Below, piece after piece: positions 40,532-49,813 of a stretch of 64,000 nucleotides of DNA. The position numbers were made by a program, and so were the translations under genes. The stretch's first letter is position 1. Every line of letters starts with the position of its first letter. Source of the stretch: Verrucomicrobiota bacterium (GTDB lineage: Bacteria > Verrucomicrobiota > Verrucomicrobiia > Chthoniobacterales > UBA10450); the NCBI GenBank assembly GCA_003218755.1, contig QHOK01000029.1, positions 3,180-67,179 on the forward strand. The letters are read 5' to 3'. The notes under the pieces are model-generated. The model saw only the letters and a list, made by a program, of their open reading frames with translations. It was not told where the DNA came from and did not search any database.

Positions 40532-41083
40532 CTGACGTTAAAGATTAACATAGAGGGACATTCCTCCGTCATTGCGTATTGGCTCATTCCGGCAGAGCCG
40601 GCGCACAGATTTTTTCAGCGGCTGATCGAGGATCTCGCGCGCCGGTATGACGCGCCTCTTTTCGAACCGCACGTGACGATTCACGTCGGGGCAAATTACC
40701 CCGATGCGGCTGAGAAAACGCTCTCAAGAACTGCGCGCGAATGGCAACCCATCCACCTCAAAGCGGTTCGGATCGGTCACTCCGATGAGTTCATCAAGAC
40801 ACTCTTTGTGCAATTCGCGCCGAATAGAAAATTGCGGCAGCTCAATGCAATTATTCGCAATGCTGCGCAAGATTCGTCTCATTACGAGCTGAAACCGCAC
40901 TTGAGTCTGATCTACAAATACATGCCGGTCACAGCTCGCCGCGAATTAGCCGATTCGATCAAAGTGCCGTTTCCTGAAGTCATTTTTGACTCATTCAAAG
41001 CTATCCGCTGCATTTCGCCTACACGAAGCCGCGCGGATGTAGATGCGTGGCGGCTCGTGGCGACGAAAAAGCTGTCTGTGTAG
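40532..41083 (+). CDS. 2H phosphoesterase superfamily protein (cyclic phosphodiesterase / LigT-like), start unresolved
   Basis: It has two HxT/S motifs, EPHVTIH and KPHLSLIY. There is no ATG, GTG or TTG between the VOC stop and the first conserved residues (YWLIPAEP). The candidate starts are CTG 40532, or ATG 40451, which would overlap the VOC gene by 77 nt. Confidence 0.55.
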   Translation: MTLKINIEGHSSVIAYWLIPAEPAHRFFQRLIEDLARRYDAPLFEPHVTIHVGANYPDAAEKTLSRTAREWQPIHLKAVRIGHSDEFIKTLFVQFAPNRKLRQLNAIIRNAAQDSSHYELKPHLSLIYKYMPVTARRELADSIKVPFPEVIFDSFKAIRCISPTRSRADVDAWRLVATKKLSV

Positions 41084-41117
41084 CGGACGCGCTCGATTGG
41101 CGTCTGACACAGACGCC

Positions 41118-41837
41118 CTAAAGTTCGACGATGCGGTACGGCTTGCCGGTTTTGCGCAGCGCAGGCGCCGAGACATTATAAACGGGAATTCCGGTCGAAG
41201 TTTTGCCGTCGAGGATGCCGTTGTGGGCGTGACCGTGAAAAACAGCGGTCACTTTGAATCGGTTGATTGGCTCCTCTAATCGGCTGGACCCGAGAAACGC
41301 GTAGATTTCCGGATCTTCTCCTTGGAGCGTGGCGCGGATTGGAGAATAATGAAGAACTACGATCCGCTTGTCGGCTTGCAATTTCGCCAGCGCCTGCTCC
41401 AGGCGAACAGCGTGACTAATCGACTCCTGGACGAATTGTTTGATGAGCGGTTCGCCCCAGGCGTTTAGCATTCGCCGCCCGAAACCGCCGCCGAATCCAG
41501 CAATTCCAGCGAACCCAACTCCAGCGATTTCGATGGCTTCACCATTGAGCACGTTCACACCCGCGTCATCGAGAACTTTAGAAAGCAGCTCCGGTTGGCC
41601 CGATTCGAAGTCATGATTACCGAGAACTGCCAGGGTCGGAATTCGTACCGCAGCGCGAATGTCTGCGACGAGTTCCTCAGCTTCTTCGGGAAGTCCGTAA
41701 TCTGTCAGATCTCCGCAGAGCAGCAGCATATCCGCGCTACGTGAGATCTCGGCAAACGCTTCATGCAACATGCCGCGCGAATGCCTGGCGTAATGGAGAT
41801 CCGCAGTCGCGGCGATCCGTAATCGTGGGTCAGCCAT
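41118..41837 (-). CDS. calcineurin-like metallophosphoesterase (class III phosphodiesterase-like)
   Basis: The motifs occur in canonical order: ATADLHY, CGDLTDYG, GNHDFE, HYSP and HGHAHNG. Confidence 0.8.
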   Translation of the reverse strand: MADPRLRIAATADLHYARHSRGMLHEAFAEISRSADMLLLCGDLTDYGLPEEAEELVADIRAAVRIPTLAVLGNHDFESGQPELLSKVLDDAGVNVLNGEAIEIAGVGFAGIAGFGGGFGRRMLNAWGEPLIKQFVQESISHAVRLEQALAKLQADKRIVVLHYSPIRATLQGEDPEIYAFLGSSRLEEPINRFKVTAVFHGHAHNGILDGKTSTGIPVYNVSAPALRKTGKPYRIVEL

Positions 41838-42008
41838 CGTGTTAAAGAAACGAAATCGCCAATCACAATGGACGTTTTTCGCAGGTGCTCAAGGTGTCCG
41901 CTCCCAACCGGGAAAATTGGAGGGCGGAGCTCCGCGACGCTTGCGTGAAGGCTCTCGGGAGGTCGCCCCTCCATGCGCGCGCTATGAGCTTCGATTGCGT
42001 TATGATGT

Positions 42009-42839
42009 GTGATGACTGCAAAGAGAGCAGCAGCCACCGGGGCGAAAAGCAGCCCTAATAACTTTCATCGCAGATCAGTGGCGGCACTACAGGAGGCGAA
42101 TGTTCCATTCTTAATCGGAGGCGCCTATGTGGTCGAGGTGTATGCCGGCGTTTCGCGCCGAACAAAAGATTTCGATCTATACGTTCGACCACATCATGTC
42201 GACACCGCCCTCGATGCGCTCGCCCGCGCCGGCTACGCGACAGAACTGACATTTCCGCATTGGCTTGCCAAAGCCAGACGCAGACGGGACTACGTTGATC
42301 TGATTTTTCGCGCCGGCAACGGCTTGTGCGAAGTCGATGATTCGTGGTTCGAGCGGGCGCACGATGATGAACTGCTGGGGTTACACGTGAAACTTTGCGC
42401 GCCTGAGGAAATGATTTGGATGAAAGCGTTCATCATGGAGCGAGAACGGTTCGATGGCGGCGACATTGCGCATATTCTCGTGAGCTGCGCGGAGAAAGTG
42501 GATTGGGAACATCTGGTTGATCGCTTCGGTCCCGATTGGCGTGTGCTGCTCAGCCATCTGGTATTGTTCGGTTACATTTATCCGAGCGAGCAGGGACGAA
42601 TTCCTGCGGCCGTCATGGACGACTTGATCGGGCGACTGCGAAAGGAGGCGCCTGCTGGCGGGCACCAGCGGCTTTGCCGCGGAACGCTGCTCTCACGCAA
42701 ACAATATTTGGTGGACGTGCAAAAGTGGGGATTTCATGACGCCCGGCTAGAAAAACGTGTGCATATGGATTCCGAAGCTATTGCGCAATGGACGAAGGCG
42801 ATTCCGAAAGAGAAGAAGGCGACGGGCAAGCCCGCGTAA
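42009..42839 (+). CDS. pol-beta-fold nucleotidyltransferase-like protein (uncharacterised family)
   Basis: FLIGGAYVVEVYAGVSRRTKDFDLYV fits the G[GS]...DxD minimal nucleotidyltransferase pattern. I do not recognise the rest. Confidence 0.45.
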   Translation: MMTAKRAAATGAKSSPNNFHRRSVAALQEANVPFLIGGAYVVEVYAGVSRRTKDFDLYVRPHHVDTALDALARAGYATELTFPHWLAKARRRRDYVDLIFRAGNGLCEVDDSWFERAHDDELLGLHVKLCAPEEMIWMKAFIMERERFDGGDIAHILVSCAEKVDWEHLVDRFGPDWRVLLSHLVLFGYIYPSEQGRIPAAVMDDLIGRLRKEAPAGGHQRLCRGTLLSRKQYLVDVQKWGFHDARLEKRVHMDSEAIAQWTKAIPKEKKATGKPA

Positions 42840-42842
42840 TTC

Positions 42843-42907
42843 GTTACAAAGGTTACATCGTTACAACGTTCCAATGACTCCGTTGTAAGTTTTATAGCCT
42901 TTGTAAC
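42843..42907. terminator. long bipartite hairpin between convergent genes
   Basis: The outer stem is gttacaaagg / cctttgtaac (10 bp). The inner stem is ttacaacg / cgttgtaa (8 bp). There are three direct GTTACA units on the left side. Confidence 0.35.
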
Positions 42908-42919
42908 TCTTCTACCGGT

Positions 42920-44824
42920 TCACCGGGGCAACGCCGTTGGCGTCGGGCTCAGTTCAGCGGGAACCGGAGACCTCGCCGGTGGCGACGTTGAAGACGCAGT
43001 CGCGAGCTTGGTTTTTGCTTCGTCAAGGAGCTTTTCTTCTTCGGGGTAAATCTTTCCGTCCTCAGCGATCGCGATGTAATTGTTGGCTGCTCCGATCTGG
43101 CTCGCCTCAGCCAGTAACAGCGCGACGTAAATGGCTGCATGCGGATCATGCAATTGCTCGGGCGGCAAATTCTCTACAATCGCAACAGCCTCGGCGTTTC
43201 TCCCGAGTCGCGAGAGCGAAAACGCGTAAGTCACAGCGCAATTAACCTCGTTCGGCGCGCGATCGTACGCCTCCTTTGCGAGTTGATGCGACTGTTCTGT
43301 ATTTTGCCCAAGATTGAGGCCGAGCCGGGCGAGGTCGGCTGTGATTGGCGCCTCGTTGGGAGAAGCCTGATGAAGACGCTGGAGAACGCCGTAAAGCTTC
43401 TCTGTTTCATCCTTCGTGCGATAAAGCCGCCGAAGCGCCTCGAGCGCCTCTCGCCTCATGGGAGAATTTTCTGCCACGCGCCACCAAAGCGCTTCGGATT
43501 CCTTCTCGAGTTCCCATTTCGAAGCAAAACGCGCGAGGACCAGTGCGCGTTCGGGCTGCTCGTTTGCCAATTGTTCTGCAGAGCGCCAGAGCATTTCGAA
43601 CTCGGTGTTGGCAGTCCCGCCACTGCGGGGCCGCGATTGTCGCGTGGCAATTGCCTGATATGCGAGCCGCAGGTATTCGGAGTCGCCCCAGATTCCAGTG
43701 CGCGTCCAACGCTTCAGACGCGACCAATTTTTTATTCTCGCATATGCGTCAGCCACTACCACGGATGTCGGCGCCGAACTTAGCTGTGCTGTCGGCAACT
43801 TGTCGATCCACTTAACAACGTCTCCTGCAAGTCCGTTTTGATTCATCCAATACATGAGCGACGCGAGATCGGACGAATCGCGCGCAGCAAACGGTTTTAC
43901 TCTTTCCAGTAGCAGGCGAAATTTTTTCTCGTCGAGCTTTCGATAAAAGTTCAGGCAGAGGAGATAATCGCCGAACGTGATTTCCGGCGACATTTGAAGT
44001 TGTTGCGCAAAATTATCCGCCGCGGCGAGGTCATTGCGTGCCACAGCATCATTTAACAACGCTCGCAGCGCGCCAGCTCGATAAGGAGCCACCTTACTAA
44101 GTCGCTGGAGAGTATCGCGCGCTTTCCCGCTTTTTTCGGGATCGCCAGAGTGAATTTGCAGGGCTGCGAGATTGAACTGATAAAGATCGTTGTTGGGCTC
44201 TTTCTTTACCGCGGCCGCGAACTGCTCCTCTTGCTCGGCAAAATTGCCCTCCGCGCGAGCGAGCCAGCCTGCAACGACGTGAAAAGCTGCCCTGTCCCGA
44301 TCAGTTGGAGAGACCCGATCGAGCGCTTGGCGCGCAAGATCGAGCTTTCCAAAACGCAACGCAGCGGAAGCCAGATTGAGCTGGCTGTCCACGTCGCTTG
44401 GGAGCAGTCGCGCTATTTGCTCGCGCCACGACACGGCCTCTTCGAGGTTTTGTTTTTCCGCTGTCTCTGCTAAAAGGTAAAGAGCTGGCAGAGAATCGGG
44501 ATGTCGTGCCAGCAGTTCTTGCGCCGTCTGCGCTGCTTTGCTGAGTTTGCCCTCCTGTAACAGCGCAGTGGCTCGGTGCAGCAAACGATTCTGGCGCCAG
44601 TCGTCATATAATCGTGAGCCGTAACGGAAGGAAAGAGCGCCCACCAAAAAAGCGATTGCCAACACGGCAACCATAACAGCGAGGCGAGCCGGCCAGAGCT
44701 GCCGTTGCAAGAAACTCTCCAGACTGAGAAACGACGGGCGAGTTCTTCCATGTCCGACGTTTTTGATTGGCTCCGCCATTTCGTGCCCTGTTTCGACGCG
44801 CCTCGGTCCGCTTGTCCCTCCCAC
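42920..44824 (-). CDS. membrane-anchored TPR repeat protein
   Basis: 634 aa with one N-terminal TM segment (LAVMVAVLAIAFLVGAL) and repeated TPR-like helices. The exact start is uncertain. Confidence 0.7.
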   Translation of the reverse strand: MGGTSGPRRVETGHEMAEPIKNVGHGRTRPSFLSLESFLQRQLWPARLAVMVAVLAIAFLVGALSFRYGSRLYDDWRQNRLLHRATALLQEGKLSKAAQTAQELLARHPDSLPALYLLAETAEKQNLEEAVSWREQIARLLPSDVDSQLNLASAALRFGKLDLARQALDRVSPTDRDRAAFHVVAGWLARAEGNFAEQEEQFAAAVKKEPNNDLYQFNLAALQIHSGDPEKSGKARDTLQRLSKVAPYRAGALRALLNDAVARNDLAAADNFAQQLQMSPEITFGDYLLCLNFYRKLDEKKFRLLLERVKPFAARDSSDLASLMYWMNQNGLAGDVVKWIDKLPTAQLSSAPTSVVVADAYARIKNWSRLKRWTRTGIWGDSEYLRLAYQAIATRQSRPRSGGTANTEFEMLWRSAEQLANEQPERALVLARFASKWELEKESEALWWRVAENSPMRREALEALRRLYRTKDETEKLYGVLQRLHQASPNEAPITADLARLGLNLGQNTEQSHQLAKEAYDRAPNEVNCAVTYAFSLSRLGRNAEAVAIVENLPPEQLHDPHAAIYVALLLAEASQIGAANNYIAIAEDGKIYPEEEKLLDEAKTKLATASSTSPPARSPVPAELSPTPTALPR

Positions 44825-44841
44825 ACCCCCTGTTTGCTGCG

Positions 44842-46206
44842 CTAAGGATGAGTCGCTACCTCGGGTTCCTGAACTGCAAGAGCTCCTTCGGTTGATTCAA
44901 GAGTCTGTTCTCTCAAGCGCCGGCCCCAAACATAACGGGCCAGGAGAACCTTGATTGTCGCGGTGAGCGGCACCGCAAGGAGCGGACCGATTACCCCGCC
45001 AATGATCAAACCCCAGAGAAAGATCGAAACGATCACCGTCATCGGATGCAGTCCGACATAATTTCCGACAATACGCGGAGCGTAAAAGATGCCTTCGAGA
45101 TTTTGTATCACGATGAAAATTCCGGTCACGATCATGGGATGCGTCCAGTCGCCCCATTGGAAAGCGGCTATGAGAACGGCTGGCACCCAGCAGATGATGA
45201 TGCCGATATACGGAACCATCGTCAGGATGACGACGAGCACACCAATCAGCGGCGCAAAATTGAGACCGAAAATCGTCAGCGCCGTGCCGATCAATATGCC
45301 ATCCACCAGACAAACCAGCAGTTGACCTCGAAAGTACGCTGTGACGTAACGATTGATTTCTGATAGCACCTCCGCGACTTCATCTCTGAAGGGCGATTCG
45401 CGCAACGGCAGGTAATCTTTCCATCGCTGTTGAATGCGCGGCTTCTCGTTCAGCAAGAAAAACAGATAGATCGGCACCAGGATGAGACTGAGCAGAAAAC
45501 CTGTGACGCCGAGAAATCCGCCGATGCTTTTCTTCAAAATATCCCAGAACTTTCCCAGCGCCATCGGGAGCCCTTGCTCCAATTTCGGCATTTGTTTTTC
45601 AACGTAAGCTTGAATGCGCTGGCGTTCAGCAGTGGTCAGCTTCGGCTGGCTTGGTGCAATAATTTCGGCCGCGGACTCAGTGGCCTGCGGCGATGCGGCT
45701 GGAGTCGCAGTGGGTTGTGCGCGAGCAGGAGGAGACGCAGCGGGGCCGATCAGCCAGTTCGTAAGACTTGTCGATGCAGATTTCCCATGCGCTCCGCCAA
45801 GCAACCCGAATGTGTGGTCGAATCGATAGATAAGATCCACTGTGTAGTCTCGCGCTCGTTCGGTGTAGGCGGGAACTTGCCTGGCAAAATTCGCACTCTG
45901 GATTGAGATGGTGGGAATGAGCCACGCGGCCAATCCTCCCAGCGCGAAAAGAGCAATCGCGAATACAAGAGCCACAGCTTTCGTGCGACTAAGCGTTCCG
46001 CGAGACATTTTCGTCACCAGCGGGTCGAGCAGATAAGTGAGGATCACGGCGATGGCTACCGGGATCAGGATTGGCTGGAGGAAACTAATGACATTGGCCG
46101 CGGCCCAGATCACAGCGGCGACGATGATGACGAGAAGAACCACAAAGCAGGCAGTAAGCGCTGCCCACATCGTCTTGCGCTGCCAGGGCGTGGGATATTC
46201 TTTCAT
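44842..46206 (-). CDS. AI-2E family transporter (PerM/UPF0118)
   Basis: Polytopic membrane protein with C-terminal motifs typical of the family (PYIGIIICWVPAVLIA, GLHPMTVIVSIFLWGLIIGGVIGPLLAVPLTA). I prefer ATG 46206. Confidence 0.85.
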   Translation of the reverse strand: MKEYPTPWQRKTMWAALTACFVVLLVIIVAAVIWAAANVISFLQPILIPVAIAVILTYLLDPLVTKMSRGTLSRTKAVALVFAIALFALGGLAAWLIPTISIQSANFARQVPAYTERARDYTVDLIYRFDHTFGLLGGAHGKSASTSLTNWLIGPAASPPARAQPTATPAASPQATESAAEIIAPSQPKLTTAERQRIQAYVEKQMPKLEQGLPMALGKFWDILKKSIGGFLGVTGFLLSLILVPIYLFFLLNEKPRIQQRWKDYLPLRESPFRDEVAEVLSEINRYVTAYFRGQLLVCLVDGILIGTALTIFGLNFAPLIGVLVVILTMVPYIGIIICWVPAVLIAAFQWGDWTHPMIVTGIFIVIQNLEGIFYAPRIVGNYVGLHPMTVIVSIFLWGLIIGGVIGPLLAVPLTATIKVLLARYVWGRRLREQTLESTEGALAVQEPEVATHP

Positions 46207-46225
46207 GTGGCGTTGATCGCGCTCA

Positions 46226-48061
46226 CTACGTCGGATTCGTTTTGGGCAGATCTTTGCTGATTCTCTTTTTGGTGCCCTCCAGCTTCTCCGCAAGGTTTTT
46301 GTTTTTCGGGTCGAGCGTCAGCGCTTTTTGCCAGGCTTCCAATGCCTCTGGCATGCGATTCAATTTCAAATAAGCGTCGCCGATGTGTTCAAATACAACT
46401 GGATCGTCGCGCTCCGCCGCTTTTGCAGCGCGAAGCAGATCGGTCAATGCCTGATCAAATTTACCCTTTCGAAATTCCACCCAACCGAGGCTGTCCAGAT
46501 ACGAGGCGTTATTTGGTTCGCTCTCGAGCGCGCGCCTGATCATGGTTTCAGCTTCATCAAGATTCATATTGTGATCCGCCCACATGTAACCCAGGTAGTT
46601 GCATGCCTCTGCGGAATTGGCTGGATCGAGCGCAATTGACTTGCGAAGCAAATCAGCCGCTTTTTCGTACAGACCAGCTTGCTCGGCCGCAGCTCCATAG
46701 TTGAAGTAAAACTTGGCATTTACCACATCGTCGTCTTGGTCGAGTTGCGCTTCGTGCAGCGCCTCTTCGAAAGTCGCCACGGCTTGCTGGCTCTGCTTCG
46801 CCTCGCGCTGAGAGATCCCCAGATAGTAAACAATCTCCGGCGCGCCGGGAAATCGGCGCCGAGCTTCTGTCAACAATTGCACCGCCCGACCTGGGTCTTT
46901 TAACGGCCCGACAAGCAACTCCGCCAAATGCAAATAGGTGCTGGGGTGATTTGGATTAATCAACAAGCTTTGCTCATAATTCGCGGCTACTTTCGCAAAC
47001 TTCGCTTTCGCTTCGTCAGTGCGGTTGGCGCGCTGCAACGATCGCGCTTCTTCATCGAGCACCTGTGCCAGTAAATCGTAGGGTTGATATTTGTCGGGGT
47101 GCTCCTTGATGATTTGCTCGAGCATCTCGACAGCTTTGCCTCGCTGATTCGTTAGAATAAAACCGGTCGCAAGTTTCTCTCGCGCATTTGCGTCCTCAGG
47201 CTGCAGTTCGAGAACGCGCAGATAAAGTGGGATCGCTTCCTTCAGTTGCTGCGATGCCGCGTAATAGTCCGCTACATCCTTGAGAATCGCGGGGTCATCT
47301 CCAGCGTGTTCAGCTGCTCTTTTGAAAATCTCGTTGACCCTTTTCAATTCGTCCGGTTTCGGCTGCGAGTCAGACTTGAAAAGAATAGCCACATAAAGCT
47401 TTCCGAGGTGCATCCAGAAATTGGGATCGTTACTGCGAACTTTCGTGGCGCGATCCAGAGCTTCGAGCGCTTTCTTCTCTTGTCCGGCTGCAACTTCGAT
47501 TTCGACCAGACGCTGGTAACCTTCCACGTCTGCTGGATTCAGGGCTATGGCGCGGTTGGCATAATCGATCGCCTGGTCTGTTTTCTTGAGATACCTCGCA
47601 TAGATGAAAGCAAGTTGCTGATACGGTTCGGCATTATTCGGGTTTGCCTTGATTGCGTCTTTCAGCACGTCAATCGCCTGTGGAAAATCGTCCTCCTGTA
47701 TCAGCAAACCGGCCACGCGCGCGGCGAGTTGCGCCTGGCCCGGATCGACGTTGAGCACCTTGTGATACGCGTCCAGCGCGCGATCCATCTCGCCGTTTTC
47801 TTCGAACGCCATTCCTTCAACGAAATGCGTGAGCGCACCGGCCTTGCGTTCGCCGCCCGGGCGCAATGCGAGGTCTGAAGCCGGTTTTGCATTGATCGAA
47901 TCGTCCTGCCGCACGCCTTGTTTTCCCTGGTGCGAACGCGGCAGTTTTGCCGACGTGGTTTTCGTCGTCGGGTCGGCAAGTGCATTGGCCACCGCGAGAA
48001 AAATCAGTGCGGAAATTATTCCTCCACAGGCGGAAATTCCGCACTTTGTGCGCTCCCTCAT
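46226..48061 (-). CDS. TPR repeat protein with N-terminal anchor/signal
   Basis: I prefer ATG 48061 (MRERTKCGISACGGIISALIFLAVANALA). The upstream track extension is encoded by a REP element. There are many TPR units. Confidence 0.75.
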   Translation of the reverse strand: MRERTKCGISACGGIISALIFLAVANALADPTTKTTSAKLPRSHQGKQGVRQDDSINAKPASDLALRPGGERKAGALTHFVEGMAFEENGEMDRALDAYHKVLNVDPGQAQLAARVAGLLIQEDDFPQAIDVLKDAIKANPNNAEPYQQLAFIYARYLKKTDQAIDYANRAIALNPADVEGYQRLVEIEVAAGQEKKALEALDRATKVRSNDPNFWMHLGKLYVAILFKSDSQPKPDELKRVNEIFKRAAEHAGDDPAILKDVADYYAASQQLKEAIPLYLRVLELQPEDANAREKLATGFILTNQRGKAVEMLEQIIKEHPDKYQPYDLLAQVLDEEARSLQRANRTDEAKAKFAKVAANYEQSLLINPNHPSTYLHLAELLVGPLKDPGRAVQLLTEARRRFPGAPEIVYYLGISQREAKQSQQAVATFEEALHEAQLDQDDDVVNAKFYFNYGAAAEQAGLYEKAADLLRKSIALDPANSAEACNYLGYMWADHNMNLDEAETMIRRALESEPNNASYLDSLGWVEFRKGKFDQALTDLLRAAKAAERDDPVVFEHIGDAYLKLNRMPEALEAWQKALTLDPKNKNLAEKLEGTKKRISKDLPKTNPT

Positions 48062-48110
48062 CTTCGAGAGTCTAACTTTCGGCACCGCGCTCCGCAAACC
48101 AGCGCGAGAT

Positions 48111-48216
48111 GTCATCCCGAGCAGAGCGAGAGACCTCTCACATGGTGAATGGTCATGCTGCTTACCCGGCATGACCCAACTTCGTAGGCGAGGTCCCTCA
48201 CTTCGTTCGGGATCAC
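48111..48216. repeat. nested palindromic REP-like element (family C)
   Basis: The outer inverted arms are gtcatcccgagcagagcgagagacctc and gaggtccctcacttcgttcgggatcac. The inner hairpin is ggtcatgc...gcatgacc (48151-48176). Confidence 0.55.
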
Positions 48217-48235
48217 CCCGATTGGGCTTTAACCC

Positions 48236-48263
48236 GACGTTCGGCGTTGAGCGTTGGACGTTC
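48236..48263. repeat. heptad (NNNCGTT) tandem repeat, intergenic copy
   Basis: Sequence: gacgttc ggcgttg agcgttg gacgttc. The 20 nt ggcgttgagcgttggacgtt are identical to 55408-55427, which lies inside a CDS. Confidence 0.55.
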
Positions 48264-48287
48264 TCTGGGGCGCCAAACGCTGATGAA

Positions 48288-48392
48288 TTACACCTTGTAA
48301 CGCAGACGCTTCTTGTGCCGATGCGCCTTCATGCGTTTGCGGCGCTTGTGCTTGGCAATTTTTGCTTTCCGTCTTTTCTTAAGAGAGCCCAT
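48288..48392 (-). CDS. small basic ribosomal protein bS22-like (AURKAIP1/COX24-domain type), 34 aa
   Basis: Below the ORF-track length cutoff. Minus-strand translation gives MGSLKKRRKAKIAKHKRRKRMKAHRHKKRLRYKV, followed by a TAA stop. This closely resembles mycobacterial bS22 ([25 protein letters not shown]...). Confidence 0.7.
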   Translation of the reverse strand: MGSLKKRRKAKIAKHKRRKRMKAHRHKKRLRYKV

Positions 48393-48472
48393 TCAGATTT
48401 CCAGATTTGCGAATCGCGATTCAACCATCTAATCCGCCGCATTGCAACTTAGTTTCGGTGCGGTCGTAGGCG

Positions 48473-49138
48473 TCATTGACCAGGTTCTTCTGGCTTCTGC
48501 GCCACGATAATCATGCTCTTCCACAGGAAAGGTAATCTACCCGCTCCAATGAAGCGAACGACGCGGAAGCAGCCCTCGTTCAACAGCTGCGAGAGAGTCT
48601 TGCGTGACCACAGTTTGATATGCCCGCCGTCCCAGAGGGGCGTGAGATGCGAGTCCCACTTGTTACTGAGCGCAAGAACGAGATTCTTCACGTAGCCATG
48701 ATACGGAGTGCTGATGAGAAGATGGCCGCCGGGCCGAAGCACCTGCTTCGCGAAGCGCGGCAGATTGCGAGGTCTAACGAGATGCTCGATCACCTCAGTA
48801 GCGATAGCCACATCGAAGCTCGCGTTGCCAACCGCGGAGGGATCGTCATCTACTCCGAGTTGATGGAACACCAGCTCGGGCGCCGAATTTTTTGCGAGCC
48901 GAACGCCGTCGGCGCTCGGCTCGCAACCAGCCACTTCGTATCCTCGGCTGGCAAGCTCGCGGCATAGGGCGCCATTACCGCATCCAATGTCGACGACGCG
49001 ACGTGCGCCTAACTCAGCACAAAGACTGATGATGTGCCGCCACAGATACGCTTCCGTATGCGACGCCTCAGCAGAGCCGTACTGATACTCCGCCAAATAG
49101 CCCTCAGATGCTGCGTCGCGTTGCACAGACGAGACCAA
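48473..49138 (-). CDS. class I SAM-dependent methyltransferase
   Basis: It has SAM-binding motif I (VVDIGCGNGALCRELASRGYEVAGCE) and GGHLLISTP. Confidence 0.8.
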   Translation of the reverse strand: MVSSVQRDAASEGYLAEYQYGSAEASHTEAYLWRHIISLCAELGARRVVDIGCGNGALCRELASRGYEVAGCEPSADGVRLAKNSAPELVFHQLGVDDDPSAVGNASFDVAIATEVIEHLVRPRNLPRFAKQVLRPGGHLLISTPYHGYVKNLVLALSNKWDSHLTPLWDGGHIKLWSRKTLSQLLNEGCFRVVRFIGAGRLPFLWKSMIIVAQKPEEPGQ

Positions 49139-49140
49139 GC

Positions 49141-49434
49141 TCAGCCATCCAGCACCTTAGAATCAATAGGGCGTGAATAAAATCGAGGGGCATCATCAAG
49201 ATGCTCGAGAGCGTCTGGTGCCCAATACTGTCGCACGTCGCCGATCGGCAGATCATTTGTCTCGCTGTCAATGGCTACGAATGTATTTGGATCCGGATCT
49301 TGCTTGCCTATCCCAATGTGGCCGCAAAACAAGGCGTGGATTTCCAGCGCGCCGGCGATGATACTGATGCGACCGTCGACAATACCCTGCGCGATCTCCG
49401 CCGTCTTCTGCCGATTAGTCTCGAGTAGTGACAT
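49141..49434 (-). CDS. hypothetical protein (97 aa)
   Basis: Track ORF whose stop lies 2 nt before the methyltransferase start. I recognise no family. Confidence 0.4.
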   Translation of the reverse strand: MSLLETNRQKTAEIAQGIVDGRISIIAGALEIHALFCGHIGIGKQDPDPNTFVAIDSETNDLPIGDVRQYWAPDALEHLDDAPRFYSRPIDSKVLDG

Positions 49435-49528
49435 ACAGCTAACAAGAATTAGACCGAAGAATTCCGTCTAATCCAATCACTTCTTCAGCATTGCATCGCG
49501 CTTTGCCTTCCGCGTAAAAGGCTTCAGC

Positions 49529-49798
49529 TCACGCGGTTCGAAGAGGATGCTTCGCAAAATAATTGCGAAGTTGCGATCGTAAAAGTTTTCCGCCGCCGCT
49601 TTTCGAATAACGCTCTCGGCCTACTGCGTCGGTCTCTTCAACGTAAGCCTCATAATAAATCAAGTTCCAGGGGCCACGGTAACCGGTCGCTCGTGACGCG
49701 CCGTCTTTATGTTCGCTCAGACGCCGACGTAAGCCCGTTGAGTAACCGATATAAAGTCCCCAGTCTCGAGTGGAATGAAGTACGTAAACGTAAAACAT
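49529..49798 (-). CDS. GIY-YIG nuclease family protein (stand-alone, UPF0213-like)
   Basis: MFYVYVLHSTRDWGLYIGYSTGLRRRLSEHKDG...YYEAY...A..RE...K is the canonical GIY-YIG core. Confidence 0.8.
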   Translation of the reverse strand: MFYVYVLHSTRDWGLYIGYSTGLRRRLSEHKDGASRATGYRGPWNLIYYEAYVEETDAVGRERYSKSGGGKLLRSQLRNYFAKHPLRTA

Positions 49799-49813
49799 TC
49801 TTTGGATCTAATC

